A stretch of DNA of 58,968 nt from Phycisphaeraceae bacterium (GCA_040905565.1 JBBDRF010000052.1:1-58968); one strand, 5' to 3'. Shown: positions 38,997 through 48,976, numbered from the stretch's first letter. Notes: generated by a model from the letters alone, not told the origin. Numbers and translations: made by a program.

Positions 38997-39017
38997 CCCA
39001 CGGCGGTACGCCGTGGG
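38997..39017. repeat. REP-like perfect hairpin
   Basis: CCCACGGCG-GTA-CGCCGTGGG in the divergent intergenic region. Confidence 0.5.
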
Positions 39018-39035
39018 CTTCGGGGGGGCTGGCGG

Positions 39036-39545
39036 GTGGGGGGGGGTTGGGTTACGATTCGACCGCGTTTGCTGAAAGGGATTGGATTGCTCAAGGGCTG
39101 CGGGAAAAGTGTGTCGGCTGTTGCGGCGCTGCTTGCGGTGGCGAGCGTGGTCGGTTGTGGGCCGTTCAGTCCGCCGATGCCTGATGCGACGGTGGAGCGG
39201 GTTGAACTGGTCGAGGTCGGCGAGGAAGCGGCCAGCTATCGCCTGCACCTGGCGATCGACAACGCCCACGATGAGCCGCTGCCTTTGACGCTGGCGGCCT
39301 ACACCCTCACGGTCGATGGCGTGACCTACACAACCGATACCGTGCCCGACGCCACGCTCCCTTCGCAGCGCCGCCTCACGCTCACGCTGCCTGGCGTCAC
39401 CGAAAACGGCGGCCGAGTTGGCTCGCCCTACCAGGCGCAGGGCTCGCTCATCGTCGATCCGCCCGGCCAGGTCCGGCAGTTCTTCTACGAAATGGGCGTC
39501 CCCCGCCCACGCATCCGCTTCACCGGCGAGGGAACGGTCGAGTAA
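39036..39545 (+). CDS. Putative lipoprotein (LEA-2/WHy-like beta sandwich)
   Basis: Lipobox VVGC. LAIDNAHDEPLPL..YTLTVDG pattern. Start uncertain. Confidence 0.6.
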   Translation: MGGGWVTIRPRLLKGIGLLKGCGKSVSAVAALLAVASVVGCGPFSPPMPDATVERVELVEVGEEAASYRLHLAIDNAHDEPLPLTLAAYTLTVDGVTYTTDTVPDATLPSQRRLTLTLPGVTENGGRVGSPYQAQGSLIVDPPGQVRQFFYEMGVPRPRIRFTGEGTVE

Positions 39546-39570
39546 ACGACCGCTCCACGTGCCAAACCTG

Positions 39571-41097
39571 CTACTCGTCCGATCGCCATACCAGATGCTC
39601 GCCGGCGTGGAAGTCGTAGACGACGATTTCAACCTGATCATTTGTTTCCCGCACGAGCCAATGTCCCGGCGCGTCGCGTTCGGCTGGGCCGTCGGGGCCG
39701 AGTGTTGACGTGATGAAGGTGCGGATGGCCTCGGCGGTGAACGGCGTCTGCTCGTCGGCGGTGTACTCATACCGATCCATCGTTTCCTCGAGAACATTAA
39801 GGATTCGGAACGGGCTCAACGGCCGTTCATCCGGTGCATGCGCGTCCGCACGCGGTGGCCAGGTGTAGCTGATGGTGCCGATTGTCAGTGCGATCAGGAC
39901 GCTGGTGACGGCGTGGGTTGCAGGGATGTCGGTCCGACCGGCGAGCCGTTGGTAGACGGCGAGAATGAGCAGCAAGAGGAAGAATCCGGTGATGCCGACG
40001 TTGAGCGCGAAGCCGACCGCTGCGCGTTGCGTGTAGCGCTGCGCCCGCTGAGCTTTGGCGAGGGGGTGGAAGGCGAGTTCGATGTCGTGCTGCATCTGTT
40101 GCGGAGTGAGTTTGCCGCGTAGGCGTGTGCCGACGAACGCACCGGGTAGCGGATCGGTGAGGCGATTGAGATAGGGGTGTTTGATTGGCAGGGTGTTGTC
40201 GAGATACGGCCAGTTCATCGCACGCGACTGGTAGTTCGCCGTCTCCTCGGGTCGTTCGGCGGGAAGCGTGGTGACGGCTTCGAGACCGTCGGCGCGGGCT
40301 TCTTGTGCAGCGAGGACGAACAGGTCGAGCGTCAGTGGTTCGTGCTGATCGATGGCTGTTAATCGCATGGGATAAACGCAGCGGTCGGCGTCGAACGTGA
40401 AGGTGAGCGGGTGGGGCGTCAGCGTTCCCCGTGCCTCCGTCTGACGCAGCTTGACCGCCACGAACACCCAGCCCTCACCGATGTAGTCTTCTATGACCGG
40501 CCCGGCATCATCGGGCACGTGGTAGTTGTTCTCGGCGAGCCAGTCGAGAACGTCCTCCGCAGCTTCGCTTTCGAGCGTGGCGGTCTGGTAAGCGCCGACG
40601 AGTTGGCGGCTGTGAACGTGGACGCCGTCTGACCCGGTCACCCCTCGAGCTCTGCCAAGGCTCGGCAGCAGGATCACCACCAGCAGCAGCGCTACAAGCA
40701 ACATGATGAGCACGGACTTCCACCATCCTGCGGGGCGGAGAATCACGAAAGCAAACGGAAGACAAATGAAGCCGGCGAGCAGCCAATACGGCGCGACCGA
40801 GCCGACGGTCCTGGGGGTGAATAGATATTCAAGCGTCGGGAACAGCCCCGCGGTGGCGCGTTCGATTTGCGGCACGGCGGGCAGAGGGATCAGCCAAGCG
40901 AGGTCTTCGCTCGATGATTCAAAAGTCGTATCGATGACCAGCGTCTGCTGCCCTTCGTGGTAGACGATGACCGCCCGCTGGTCCGCAGTCTGCACCGAGC
41001 CCGGCGTTGCCCGTGCGGCGAACCCCTTGCCGTCGGCGAGCGCCAGCCCCGTCAGCAGCAGCGTTAGCGCGAAAGCCGTGAAAATGACACGCATCAT
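39571..41097 (-). CDS. DUF2330-like exported/membrane protein
   Basis: Signal peptide, QRAVI, AWLIPLP, WLAENNY, YIGEGWVFVAVKL and YPMRLT. Extra TM segments. Confidence 0.75.
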   Translation of the reverse strand: MMRVIFTAFALTLLLTGLALADGKGFAARATPGSVQTADQRAVIVYHEGQQTLVIDTTFESSSEDLAWLIPLPAVPQIERATAGLFPTLEYLFTPRTVGSVAPYWLLAGFICLPFAFVILRPAGWWKSVLIMLLVALLLVVILLPSLGRARGVTGSDGVHVHSRQLVGAYQTATLESEAAEDVLDWLAENNYHVPDDAGPVIEDYIGEGWVFVAVKLRQTEARGTLTPHPLTFTFDADRCVYPMRLTAIDQHEPLTLDLFVLAAQEARADGLEAVTTLPAERPEETANYQSRAMNWPYLDNTLPIKHPYLNRLTDPLPGAFVGTRLRGKLTPQQMQHDIELAFHPLAKAQRAQRYTQRAAVGFALNVGITGFFLLLLILAVYQRLAGRTDIPATHAVTSVLIALTIGTISYTWPPRADAHAPDERPLSPFRILNVLEETMDRYEYTADEQTPFTAEAIRTFITSTLGPDGPAERDAPGHWLVRETNDQVEIVVYDFHAGEHLVWRSDE

Positions 41098-41215
41098 GCT
41101 CGTACCCCGTTCGCCTGATAATCGGCTCGATACATGGTAACCGCGGCCCGGCGGCGTGAGGCTCTCGCTTTTCGGGTGGTTATAATCAGGCAACGGGAAA
41201 ACTGGGGGGGGACCG

Positions 41216-41425
41216 ATGAAGCAGAGTCGTTTTGATCCGGAGCAGGTGCATCACGTGGTGTGTTGCGATCGGGTGTTTCACGTGGTGGCCGATCAGGCGG
41301 GCGAAGACGAGCACGTCGCCTGGTGCCTGGAGTTTCCCGATCTCACCGCGACCGGCCAGAGTTACCAGACGGTGCTGGAGCGGATTACCAATCGCATCGA
41401 ATTGGTGTATCGTGACCAGCTGTGA
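41216..41425 (+). CDS. Small HicB-like domain protein
   Basis: VAWCLEFPDLTATGQSYQTVLERITNRIEL matches the HicB N-terminal pattern. TATAAT at 41181-41186 and a G-rich RBS. Confidence 0.55.
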   Translation: MKQSRFDPEQVHHVVCCDRVFHVVADQAGEDEHVAWCLEFPDLTATGQSYQTVLERITNRIELVYRDQL

Positions 41426-41449
41426 GACCTGCTAAACGGAGATCAGAGC

Positions 41450-41869
41450 ATGCGAATTGAGCGTTGGAACACGGTGGCGATGGCGACGATTCTGCTTGGC
41501 CTGGCGCTTGGGCTGGGGGCTTGCAGTTCCAATAAGCCTGTGCGGACGTACGTGTCCGGTTGGGACGGGACGGACTTGGAAAGCCGTGAGCAGTTGGCGG
41601 AGCTTGAACGGGCCGGGCGGCTGCAGCTGGTCGATCAACTGGAGAGTTCCGCGGAGGTGGATTACGTGGTGCTGGCACCGCTGCCGAATCGGGAGGAAGC
41701 GTCGGTGGCGGAATCGCGTGAGGTGCTCGGCCGAATGGAATGGTTTGCGATGCTCAACGCCCATAGCGACGCGCAGGCGATGGCCCGGGAGCGGAATATT
41801 CCGCTGGTGGAACTGCCCGAGTTCTTCCGCATGGTCGAAGCCGGCGAGACGCAACGGCGTGAGAAGTAA
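41450..41869 (+). CDS. Lipoprotein with BRCT-like signature
   Basis: Lipobox LGAC. VDYVVL...ARERNIPLVELPEFFRMV. Confidence 0.6.
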   Translation: MRIERWNTVAMATILLGLALGLGACSSNKPVRTYVSGWDGTDLESREQLAELERAGRLQLVDQLESSAEVDYVVLAPLPNREEASVAESREVLGRMEWFAMLNAHSDAQAMARERNIPLVELPEFFRMVEAGETQRREK

Positions 41870-41907
41870 CAGGGCGGCCGATGGGTGGCACCCTGCGCGG
41901 CGCGATG

Positions 41908-43299
41908 CTAGCCGTGCGTCAGCGCTGCATGGACGTGGGTGATTTGCCCGGCCAGCTCAACGGGTTTGAGCAGGTGCAGGGCGAGCAGCTGCTGTGCGGG
42001 GTGACTGGCGTGCGCCAATCGTTCAAGCAGCGGGGCGGGCTCCGCGCTGAACAGGTGCAGCCGCGGCTGAAGGGCGGGGTTCAGCGTGCGATTCGGCAGG
42101 GTCAGCGCCAGCACCGCCGCATGCTCCACCGCCCAGGCACGCGTCTCAATCAGCTCCCGCAGAGCAGCGTCGGCGGGGGTCGCATCGTTCACGACACGCA
42201 TGAGATGCAGTTGACCGGCTGCATCCACCGCAAGCTCAACGGAAGCACAGCGCGGGCAGCGGGCCGCCAGGGCGATCGCGTTGTTTTCCAAATACGTCGA
42301 CATCCCCGCTGTTTCCTCGTCCTTGCGGGCGTCGGCTTGAGTTGCTTCGGCACGCGGCGGTTTGGGAGGAGCTTCGGTAGGGGGGTCGGTGGTGGGGGCG
42401 GCGTGACCGTTCGAGGTTGAGGGTGCCGCGGTGCCGTTGCCGTTGTAGTTGATGGGCGCAGGGGAAGGGGTCGCCTGCTCCAGGGCCTGAAGAAGCCGGG
42501 GCAGGGCGTCCTCGAGTTGATCGACCTGCCAGATGGGATGGCGGCGGGCGGGCTCGAGCCGTTTGCGGGAAGCGGCGAGCGTGGGCGTGATATCAAGATG
42601 CTTGGCCGTGGCACGCGCAAGCCTCGCTACGGCAGCGGCGGCGACTTCATCGTCCGAGCCCATCAACGCCAACTGCACACGCGGCGGATCGACCGAAGCA
42701 GCGAACGGACTCTGCCGAAGCGCTTTGAGCAGGCGGTAAGCGCCCACGATCGCTGTCTCATCCGCACCGGAGATCAGCGTCCAGCAGGACACATGCTCGA
42801 GCCACCGACGGATGCGAGGCCGTTCCGGATCAGTCACCACAACCAGCACGGTGCTGACCTCCGGGACGATCGCAGCGATGGCCTGCTCGAGTGTTTCCGC
42901 ATGCAGTTTCAGCGGCGGCGGAGGGTCGGTCTGGTCACCCAGCTGCACCATCTCCAGGCGAACGCCCGGCTGGGCGTCTTCGTCATCATCAACATGTGCG
43001 ATGGCGACGTCGCCTTGTTCCCGCTGCGTCAGGATATGCGCGTACTGCGTAATCCAAGGCGACGCGAAGCCCGGCAGATGCCCCAGCATCACCGCTTCAA
43101 CCGCTGGGCTGTGCGGCTGCGGCACGGCGGTAGCCGTCGCATTCGGCGATGCGGAGCGCTGCTCGGGCCGCGGTGCTGCGGGTTTTGCTGCAGGCGGCGG
43201 GGTTGCGGTTGCTGAAGGTGGGGCGGGCGTGAGAAAGAGTGCGGCGAGTTCGTCGAGCGCCTGCCGTGTGGTGTTGCTTTGCGTACTTGAGTTGGCCAT
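41908..43299 (-). CDS. Hypothetical protein with degenerate MinD/FlhG-like segment
   Basis: WTLISGADETAIVGAYRLLKAL...VQLALM...AVARLARATAKHL. No Walker A. C-terminal CPRC. Confidence 0.6.
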   Translation of the reverse strand: MANSSTQSNTTRQALDELAALFLTPAPPSATATPPPAAKPAAPRPEQRSASPNATATAVPQPHSPAVEAVMLGHLPGFASPWITQYAHILTQREQGDVAIAHVDDDEDAQPGVRLEMVQLGDQTDPPPPLKLHAETLEQAIAAIVPEVSTVLVVVTDPERPRIRRWLEHVSCWTLISGADETAIVGAYRLLKALRQSPFAASVDPPRVQLALMGSDDEVAAAAVARLARATAKHLDITPTLAASRKRLEPARRHPIWQVDQLEDALPRLLQALEQATPSPAPINYNGNGTAAPSTSNGHAAPTTDPPTEAPPKPPRAEATQADARKDEETAGMSTYLENNAIALAARCPRCASVELAVDAAGQLHLMRVVNDATPADAALRELIETRAWAVEHAAVLALTLPNRTLNPALQPRLHLFSAEPAPLLERLAHASHPAQQLLALHLLKPVELAGQITHVHAALTHG

Positions 43300-43409
43300 G
43301 AGCGAAGGCCTCGGGCTCGAGTGAGCCCCTACCGCCTGGCGTCCACGAAAACGACTGGTGGACCGGGGGCGAAGGGAGCGGAAGAGGTGATAAGGGCTGA
43401 TGTGCGATG

Positions 43410-44885
43410 TCAGGCAACGTTGAGGATGTTATTGAGTTCGCCGTACGGATTGGTTTCGACGCGGTCATTGTGGTGATCGTAAGTCCATGTGCCGTCGACC
43501 ACCAGTCTATAGCGGTAGCGGCCCGCCGGTAAGGGGACGCAGGCTTCCCAGAGGTTGAGTCGACGGTTGGGGCGCATCGGCGTGGCGACGGGTGACCAGT
43601 CGTTGAAATCGCCTGCGATGGCGATCTGCCGGGCGTCGCCCATCGGCTGGACGAACAGGACGCCTTGGCCGGTGACACGCGCGCCGTAGAAGCGTTCGAG
43701 TTTCTGCGCGAGGTTGCTGGGCAGGCGTGATTGTTGGCTGGAAGGGGTAAGCCTGGAGACATCGCTGTCGCGCGCCAGCGATTCCTGCATGGCTGAGGTG
43801 CGCTGCGAGAGGGCGCGGGCGCGTTCAAGCAGATCGGCAACACGCCCGCCCGTGCCGCCGCCTCCGCCGTTTGCTGAGATGGAGGCCCGACGACCAGCAT
43901 CATCTGTGCGCGAACCATTGATCGTCGCATGTCCGTTACCGTTGCCGTTGGCGTCACCGCTGCTCAACCGGGTGACGGGGGCGAAGGCGCCGGCAGTGGC
44001 GGCGAGCGTTGCAGGGACGGCCACGGCGGCGGTGGCGACTTCGACCTGCCCTGCGAAGACGGACGACTCGGCGGGCACGACCTCGCTGGCGGGCCTGCTC
44101 ACGGCTGGTTCCGGCGCGGGTGGGGCGAGTGTCAGCAGATGCTTGGCGAGGGCGGCGAAATCTTCCGCGCCGCGGCTGCTGGCGTCGTACTCGCAGATCG
44201 GCTGCCCGAAGCTGGCCGCCTCACGCAGCCCCGCGTTGTAGTGGATGGCCGTGGGGAGAACGCGCTCGCCGAAGTGGTTCTGCATTTCCTGGAGGATCTG
44301 CCGGGAGATCCGCTGGCGGACGTCGACCATGTTCGGCAGGAGGTGGAAGTTCACCCGGTGGCCGCAGCGTTCGGTCATGACCTCCAGCGTCTGCACCTGC
44401 TTAACCGAGCCCTTGAGCGCGAAGTAGCCGGTATCGACGGGGATGATGATCTCGCCGGCTGCGCGGAGTGCGTTGAACGTGAGCAGCCCGATGCCCGGCG
44501 GACAATCGATGATGCAGAAGGCGTAGCGGTCGCCCGCCGCCTGGAGCAGCTTGGCGAGGCGCAGGTCGCGGTCGTGGGCGTTGACGAGCCTGGGTTCGAC
44601 ACCGGCGAGGGAGACGGTGGCGGGGGCGAGATCCAGCCGGCCGGAGATCTGCCAGAGGACCTCGTTGAGGTCGAACCTTTCGGGCCGGTCGGCGAGCAGC
44701 GCGTCGGCGACGGTGGTTTCGAGCTGACTTTCAGGGACGGCGAGCCCGAGGCCGCAGTGGCCCTGCGGGTCCATGTCCACGAGAAGCGTCTTATGGCCCG
44801 ACTCGGCGAGCGCAGCAGCAAGGTTGATGGACGTGGTGGTCTTGCCGCAGCCACCCTTCTGATTAATCACCGCGATCGTACGCAC
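43410..44885 (-). CDS. ParA/Soj-family ATPase fused to AMPK-beta-type CBM48 glycogen-binding domain
   Basis: NQKGGCGKTT deviant Walker A, DMDPQG, IIDCPP. C-terminal AGDFNDW...LPAGRYRYRLVVDGTW..D......NPYGELNNIL. Confidence 0.9.
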   Translation of the reverse strand: MRTIAVINQKGGCGKTTTSINLAAALAESGHKTLLVDMDPQGHCGLGLAVPESQLETTVADALLADRPERFDLNEVLWQISGRLDLAPATVSLAGVEPRLVNAHDRDLRLAKLLQAAGDRYAFCIIDCPPGIGLLTFNALRAAGEIIIPVDTGYFALKGSVKQVQTLEVMTERCGHRVNFHLLPNMVDVRQRISRQILQEMQNHFGERVLPTAIHYNAGLREAASFGQPICEYDASSRGAEDFAALAKHLLTLAPPAPEPAVSRPASEVVPAESSVFAGQVEVATAAVAVPATLAATAGAFAPVTRLSSGDANGNGNGHATINGSRTDDAGRRASISANGGGGGTGGRVADLLERARALSQRTSAMQESLARDSDVSRLTPSSQQSRLPSNLAQKLERFYGARVTGQGVLFVQPMGDARQIAIAGDFNDWSPVATPMRPNRRLNLWEACVPLPAGRYRYRLVVDGTWTYDHHNDRVETNPYGELNNILNVA

Positions 44886-45155
44886 GCAGACCGCCTTTCA
44901 TCCTTGAAACAACTTCAGCGCCGCGGCGGCGCTCAGGCATCGATCCTTCGAGCCTGCTGTGCGTCTTATCGGAACCCCGGCGGCGAAAGCTTCAATAATG
45001 CGAATCAACACCTGTTTAAGCTGCGGCGGCACACCGGGTTGGCGGGCGGGAGCCTGGCGAAAATCGCCCGATTCTGCCGCACCCGGCCCGGCCTGCCTGC
45101 GTATAGTTCAGACAGCTTCGGTTTTGCTTCTGACGACGCGGAAGGAGTTGGCAAC

Positions 45156-45842
45156 ATGGCACGCAGTGAGATCAATCGAGAAGTGCGACGTCCACGTAAA
45201 GGCGGTCCCACACTGCCTTTCGTGACGATCAGTCGTGAGGCCGGGGCGGGGGCGCTGTCGCTGGGTGAGCAACTGGTAGAGCACCTGAATCAGACACACC
45301 ACCAGGGCCCGCCGTGGGAACTTTACGATCAACGGCTGGTCGAACAGGTGGCCCAGGAGCATCACCTGCCGCCTGAATGGGTGGACATGCTGGAGGAGCG
45401 AGATTTTTCCTGGCTGTCCGAACTTTTCGCGGGGCTGGACCTGCGCGGCGACACGGAGATCAACGAATTCACCGTCTACCGTCGGGTCAGCGAGACGATC
45501 CGCCGACTGGCGCGGCGGGGGAACGTGGTGATTGTCGGCCGGGGCGGCGCGTACATCACCGCCGACCTTCGTGAGGCGGTTCACATTCGGTTGGTGGCGC
45601 CGCGCGCCTATCGAATTGCGAATCTCGCGAGGCGGCGGGGTCTGGACCGCGATGAAGCGGAGTACGAGATGGAACGGCTGGACGAAAACCGCCGGTCGTT
45701 TTACGACCGCTACTGGCCCGGCCGATCGCAGGGGCCGGAGAATTACACGATCACGCTGAACACGCACAATCTGGCGGATCAGACGATGGTGCGGAGCGTG
45801 ATGCCGCTGCTGGAGGAGGCTCGGGCGGCGGTGTCCGCATGA
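45156..45842 (+). CDS. Cytidylate kinase-like family protein
   Basis: VTISREAGAG, GNVVIVGRGG and HIRLVAP motifs. GGAG RBS before the ATG at 45156. Confidence 0.82.
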   Translation: MARSEINREVRRPRKGGPTLPFVTISREAGAGALSLGEQLVEHLNQTHHQGPPWELYDQRLVEQVAQEHHLPPEWVDMLEERDFSWLSELFAGLDLRGDTEINEFTVYRRVSETIRRLARRGNVVIVGRGGAYITADLREAVHIRLVAPRAYRIANLARRRGLDRDEAEYEMERLDENRRSFYDRYWPGRSQGPENYTITLNTHNLADQTMVRSVMPLLEEARAAVSA

Positions 45843-45949
45843 GGCAGGGAGTGAAGGTCCGACGTAAGCTGTGACGAAGAACATAACAGCGGCAACGATC
45901 GGCTCCGTGGGGGCTGGTCGGCTGCTTGGATCGAAGGAGAGCAGTTGAG

Positions 45950-46420
45950 ATGGCAAAAGCAACGTTCGCAGCGGGGTGTTTCTGGGGCGTGGAAGAACTC
46001 TTCCGCAGGCTCGAAGGCGTCGAGGCCACGTCGGTGGGTTACATCGGCGGCAGCACCGACGAGCCCGATTACGAGCAGGTCTGCAGCGGCCGAACGGGGC
46101 ACGCCGAGGCGGTGGAAGTGATTTACGATCCGCAGAAGGTTAGTTACGAGGATCTGCTGCAGGTGTTCTGGGAGAATCACGATCCCACCACGCCGAACCG
46201 GCAGGGGCCGGACGTCGGCACGCAGTATCGGTCGGCGATCTTCTACCACGATGAGCAGCAGCGGCAGGCGGCGGAGGCTTTGCAGAAGCAGCTGGAGAAG
46301 TCGGGCCGATTCGCAAATCCCATCAGCACGGAGATCGGTCCGGCAGGGACGTTCTGGCGCGGCGAGGAATATCACCAGCAGTACCTGGCCAAGCGCGGCG
46401 CGCCCGGCTGCCATCTTTGA
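45950..46420 (+). CDS. msrA: Peptide-methionine (S)-S-oxide reductase
   Basis: [21 protein letters not shown] and EEYHQQY motifs. Confidence 0.96.
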   Translation: MAKATFAAGCFWGVEELFRRLEGVEATSVGYIGGSTDEPDYEQVCSGRTGHAEAVEVIYDPQKVSYEDLLQVFWENHDPTTPNRQGPDVGTQYRSAIFYHDEQQRQAAEALQKQLEKSGRFANPISTEIGPAGTFWRGEEYHQQYLAKRGAPGCHL

Positions 46421-47367
46421 ATGATTCGCGAAGGGACGGCGCCACGGCCATGGATGATCGATCCAAAGCTTCAGAACATGAGCCGCGGCGAGCGAGCAGG
46501 TGGGTGAATCGGCGCACGGTACTGCGCGCCTGTGCGGGGCTTGCGGTGGGCGGGCCGATGGCGGCTTCGGGGTACGTGGTGGGTATCGAGCCGCACTGGG
46601 TGCAGGTGGTGCGGCGGGACCTGCCGGTGGCGGAACTGGACGACGCGCTGGTGGGCAAGACGCTGGCGCAGATCAGCGACCCGCACGTCGGGCCGATCGT
46701 TGAGGATCAGTACCTCAGGCGGGCGGTGAAGCAGACCGCCGCGCTCAAGCCGGACATGGTCGCGATCACAGGCGACATCATGACGTACCGCAACGACGGC
46801 GAGATCGAGCGCAGCGCTGACATCCTCAGCGGGCTGGGGCAACCGCCTTTGGGGGCGTTCGCCGTGCTGGGCAATCACGATTATGGGCCCGGTGTCAGGC
46901 GTAACGATCTGGCGGTGGCGATGACGCGGGCGCTCGGCGAGCACAACATCATCATGCTGCGCAATGCCTACATGGATGTCGGCGAGGGCTTGCGGGTGGC
47001 GGGGCTGGACGATCTATGGAGCAGGCGGTTCGAGCCCGAGCATGTGCTGCCGGCGATGCGGAAGGGGCGGTCGTCGCTGGTGCTTTGTCACAATCCCGAC
47101 TCGGCCGACACGGGCAACTGGCACGATTTCCAGGGCTGGATACTTTGTGGGCATACGCACGGCGGCCAGATTCAGCCGCCGTTCGGGGGCCGACCGCCGA
47201 TTCTGCCGGTGAATAACCCCCGTTACTGCGCTGGCGAGGTCGCGGTACCTGGCGGGGCGCGGCTGTACATCAATCGCGGGCTGGGTTACACGCATCGGGT
47301 GCGGTTCAACGCCCGGCCGGAGATCACGCTGTTCACGCTGACGCGAGGCGAGGCGATTCGTTCGTGA
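46417..47367 (+). CDS. Metallophosphoesterase (YkuE-like) with Tat-like signal
   Basis: NRRTVL, SDPH, TGD, GNHD, HNPD and GHTHGGQ motifs. Confidence 0.9.
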   Translation: MNDSRRDGATAMDDRSKASEHEPRRASRWVNRRTVLRACAGLAVGGPMAASGYVVGIEPHWVQVVRRDLPVAELDDALVGKTLAQISDPHVGPIVEDQYLRRAVKQTAALKPDMVAITGDIMTYRNDGEIERSADILSGLGQPPLGAFAVLGNHDYGPGVRRNDLAVAMTRALGEHNIIMLRNAYMDVGEGLRVAGLDDLWSRRFEPEHVLPAMRKGRSSLVLCHNPDSADTGNWHDFQGWILCGHTHGGQIQPPFGGRPPILPVNNPRYCAGEVAVPGGARLYINRGLGYTHRVRFNARPEITLFTLTRGEAIRS

Positions 47368-48463
47368 AATGACACGCGGCACAGTGGCCGGTGTTGTCCG
47401 AAATGTCGCCGAGTTGCGGGGCTTCGTTCACACAGCGGCCGACGACGCGCTCGGGCTTGCCGTCGATGGTGACTTCAACGGTCTCCGAAGCGGACATCTC
47501 GCTGGCGAGGTTGCGGGTCAGGGCACAGCGAGGGTGGAAATGACAACCCGCGGGCGGATGCGAGGGGCTGGGCACTTCGCCCTGCAGCACAATCCGCTTC
47601 TTATGACGCACCGGCTCGGGCAGCGGAACCGCTGAGAGCAGCGCGTGGGTGTACGGATGTCTGGGGTCGCGGTAAAGCGTCGCACGGTCGGCAACCTCGA
47701 CGATGCGGCCGAGGTACATCACCGCCACGCGATCGGAGAAGTGCTCCACCACGGCGAGGTTGTGGGCGATGAACAGGTAGGCCAGGCCGAGTTCGTCCTG
47801 CAGATCGTTCAGCAGGTTAAGGATCTGGCTCTGGATGGAGACATCGAGCGCGGAGACCGGTTCGTCGCACACGATGAATTTGGGGTTGAGCGCCAGGGCG
47901 CGTGCGATGCCCACGCGCTGCCGCTGCCCGCCTGAGAATTCATGGGGATAGCGGACGGCATAGTCGGGGCTGAGGCCGACGCGTTCGAGCAGGGCGGCGA
48001 CGCGGTCGTTAAGCTCGCGCCCCGTGGCCAGGCCGTGCACCTGAATCGGTTCGCCGATGATGCGGCCGATGGTCATGCGCGGATTCAGCGACCCGACGGG
48101 GTCCTGAAAAATAATCTGCATGCCCCGGCGAAGCCTTCGAAGCGTGCCGCGGTCGGCTTTGAAGACGTCGGTGCCGTCGAAGATGACTTCGCCGGCGGTC
48201 GCGGGGATGAGCCTGAGCAGCGATCGGCCGACGGTGGTTTTGCCGCAGCCGGACTCGCCGACGAGGCCGAGCGTCTCGCCACGTTTAACGTGGAAGGAGA
48301 CATCGTCGACGGCTTTAACGTGGCCGACGGTCTGCTGAAGCAACCCCTGGCGTATGGGGAAGTACGTTTTAAGGTGGCGCACATCGAGCAGGGCCTCGGA
48401 GGAGGTGCCGGCGTCGGTGGTGGCGGGATTTTGCTGCGTCGCTGAGGGGGTGCCGATGCTCAT
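47333..48463 (-). CDS. Oligopeptide/dipeptide ABC transporter ATP-binding subunit (OppF/DppF-like)
   Basis: [29 protein letters not shown] and HPYT motifs. Cys-containing C-terminal region. Confidence 0.93.
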   Translation of the reverse strand: MSIGTPSATQQNPATTDAGTSSEALLDVRHLKTYFPIRQGLLQQTVGHVKAVDDVSFHVKRGETLGLVGESGCGKTTVGRSLLRLIPATAGEVIFDGTDVFKADRGTLRRLRRGMQIIFQDPVGSLNPRMTIGRIIGEPIQVHGLATGRELNDRVAALLERVGLSPDYAVRYPHEFSGGQRQRVGIARALALNPKFIVCDEPVSALDVSIQSQILNLLNDLQDELGLAYLFIAHNLAVVEHFSDRVAVMYLGRIVEVADRATLYRDPRHPYTHALLSAVPLPEPVRHKKRIVLQGEVPSPSHPPAGCHFHPRCALTRNLASEMSASETVEVTIDGKPERVVGRCVNEAPQLGDISDNTGHCAACHFTNESPRLASA

Positions 48464-48509
48464 GCCGGTATTGTATGAGCAAGGTCGCTCAAGCCAAATG
48501 GGGAGGGGA

Positions 48510-48608
48510 ATTGTTGATTGTTGATTTTTGATTTTTGATTGGGTGACGTGGCGGCTCGCGATGGGCGGGAGGCGCTATCTGTCAATCACCAATCAGCAAT
48601 CAACAATC
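48510..48608. repeat. Inverted heptamer tandem arrays downstream of queF
   Basis: (ATTGTTG/ATTTTTG)x4 at 48510-48541 is inverted relative to (CAATCAN)x3+ at 48583-48608. Confidence 0.7.
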
Positions 48609-48610
48609 GT

Positions 48611-48976
48611 TCACGCGTGTTCCGGGGGGACGTCGCCGTAGGTGACGGAGATGCGTGAACGGATGCCGCCGCGGCCGCGCCAGTCGGTTTCCAGGACGAG
48701 CCAGCGGGGCTTGGTCGAGGCGATCAGGTCGTTGGCGATCTGGTTGGTGACCGCTTCGTAGAAGATGCCTTCGTTGCGGAAGGACTGGTAGTAGAGCTTG
48801 AGGCTTTTGAGTTCGACGCACTTTTTGCGGGGGCCGTAGACGAGCGTGACCGTGCCGAAGTCGGGGTGGCCGGTCTTCGGGCAGACGCTGGTGAACTCTT
48901 CCGCGACGTGCTCGATGGCGTATTCGCGGGTGGGTTCGGGATTGTCAAAGCACTCGAGAAGCTGGGCGTCGGGCAT
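48611..48976 (-). CDS. queF: PreQ1 synthase (7-cyano-7-deazaguanine reductase, short type)
   Basis: EFTSVCPKTGHPDF, VELKSLKLY and RGGI motifs. Confidence 0.95.
   Translation of the reverse strand: MPDAQLLECFDNPEPTREYAIEHVAEEFTSVCPKTGHPDFGTVTLVYGPRKKCVELKSLKLYYQSFRNEGIFYEAVTNQIANDLIASTKPRWLVLETDWRGRGGIRSRISVTYGDVPPEHA

Noticed and set aside
43410..44885. ParA as a McdA-like positioner of the BMC in this window
   Set aside because: It lies ~30 kb from the BMC locus and carries a glycogen-binding domain. No evidence links the two, though a link is not excluded.
43929..45155. 5' part of the 637-aa + strand ORF
   Set aside because: Antisense shadow of the ParA-CBM48 gene. Only 45156-45842 has protein motifs and an RBS.
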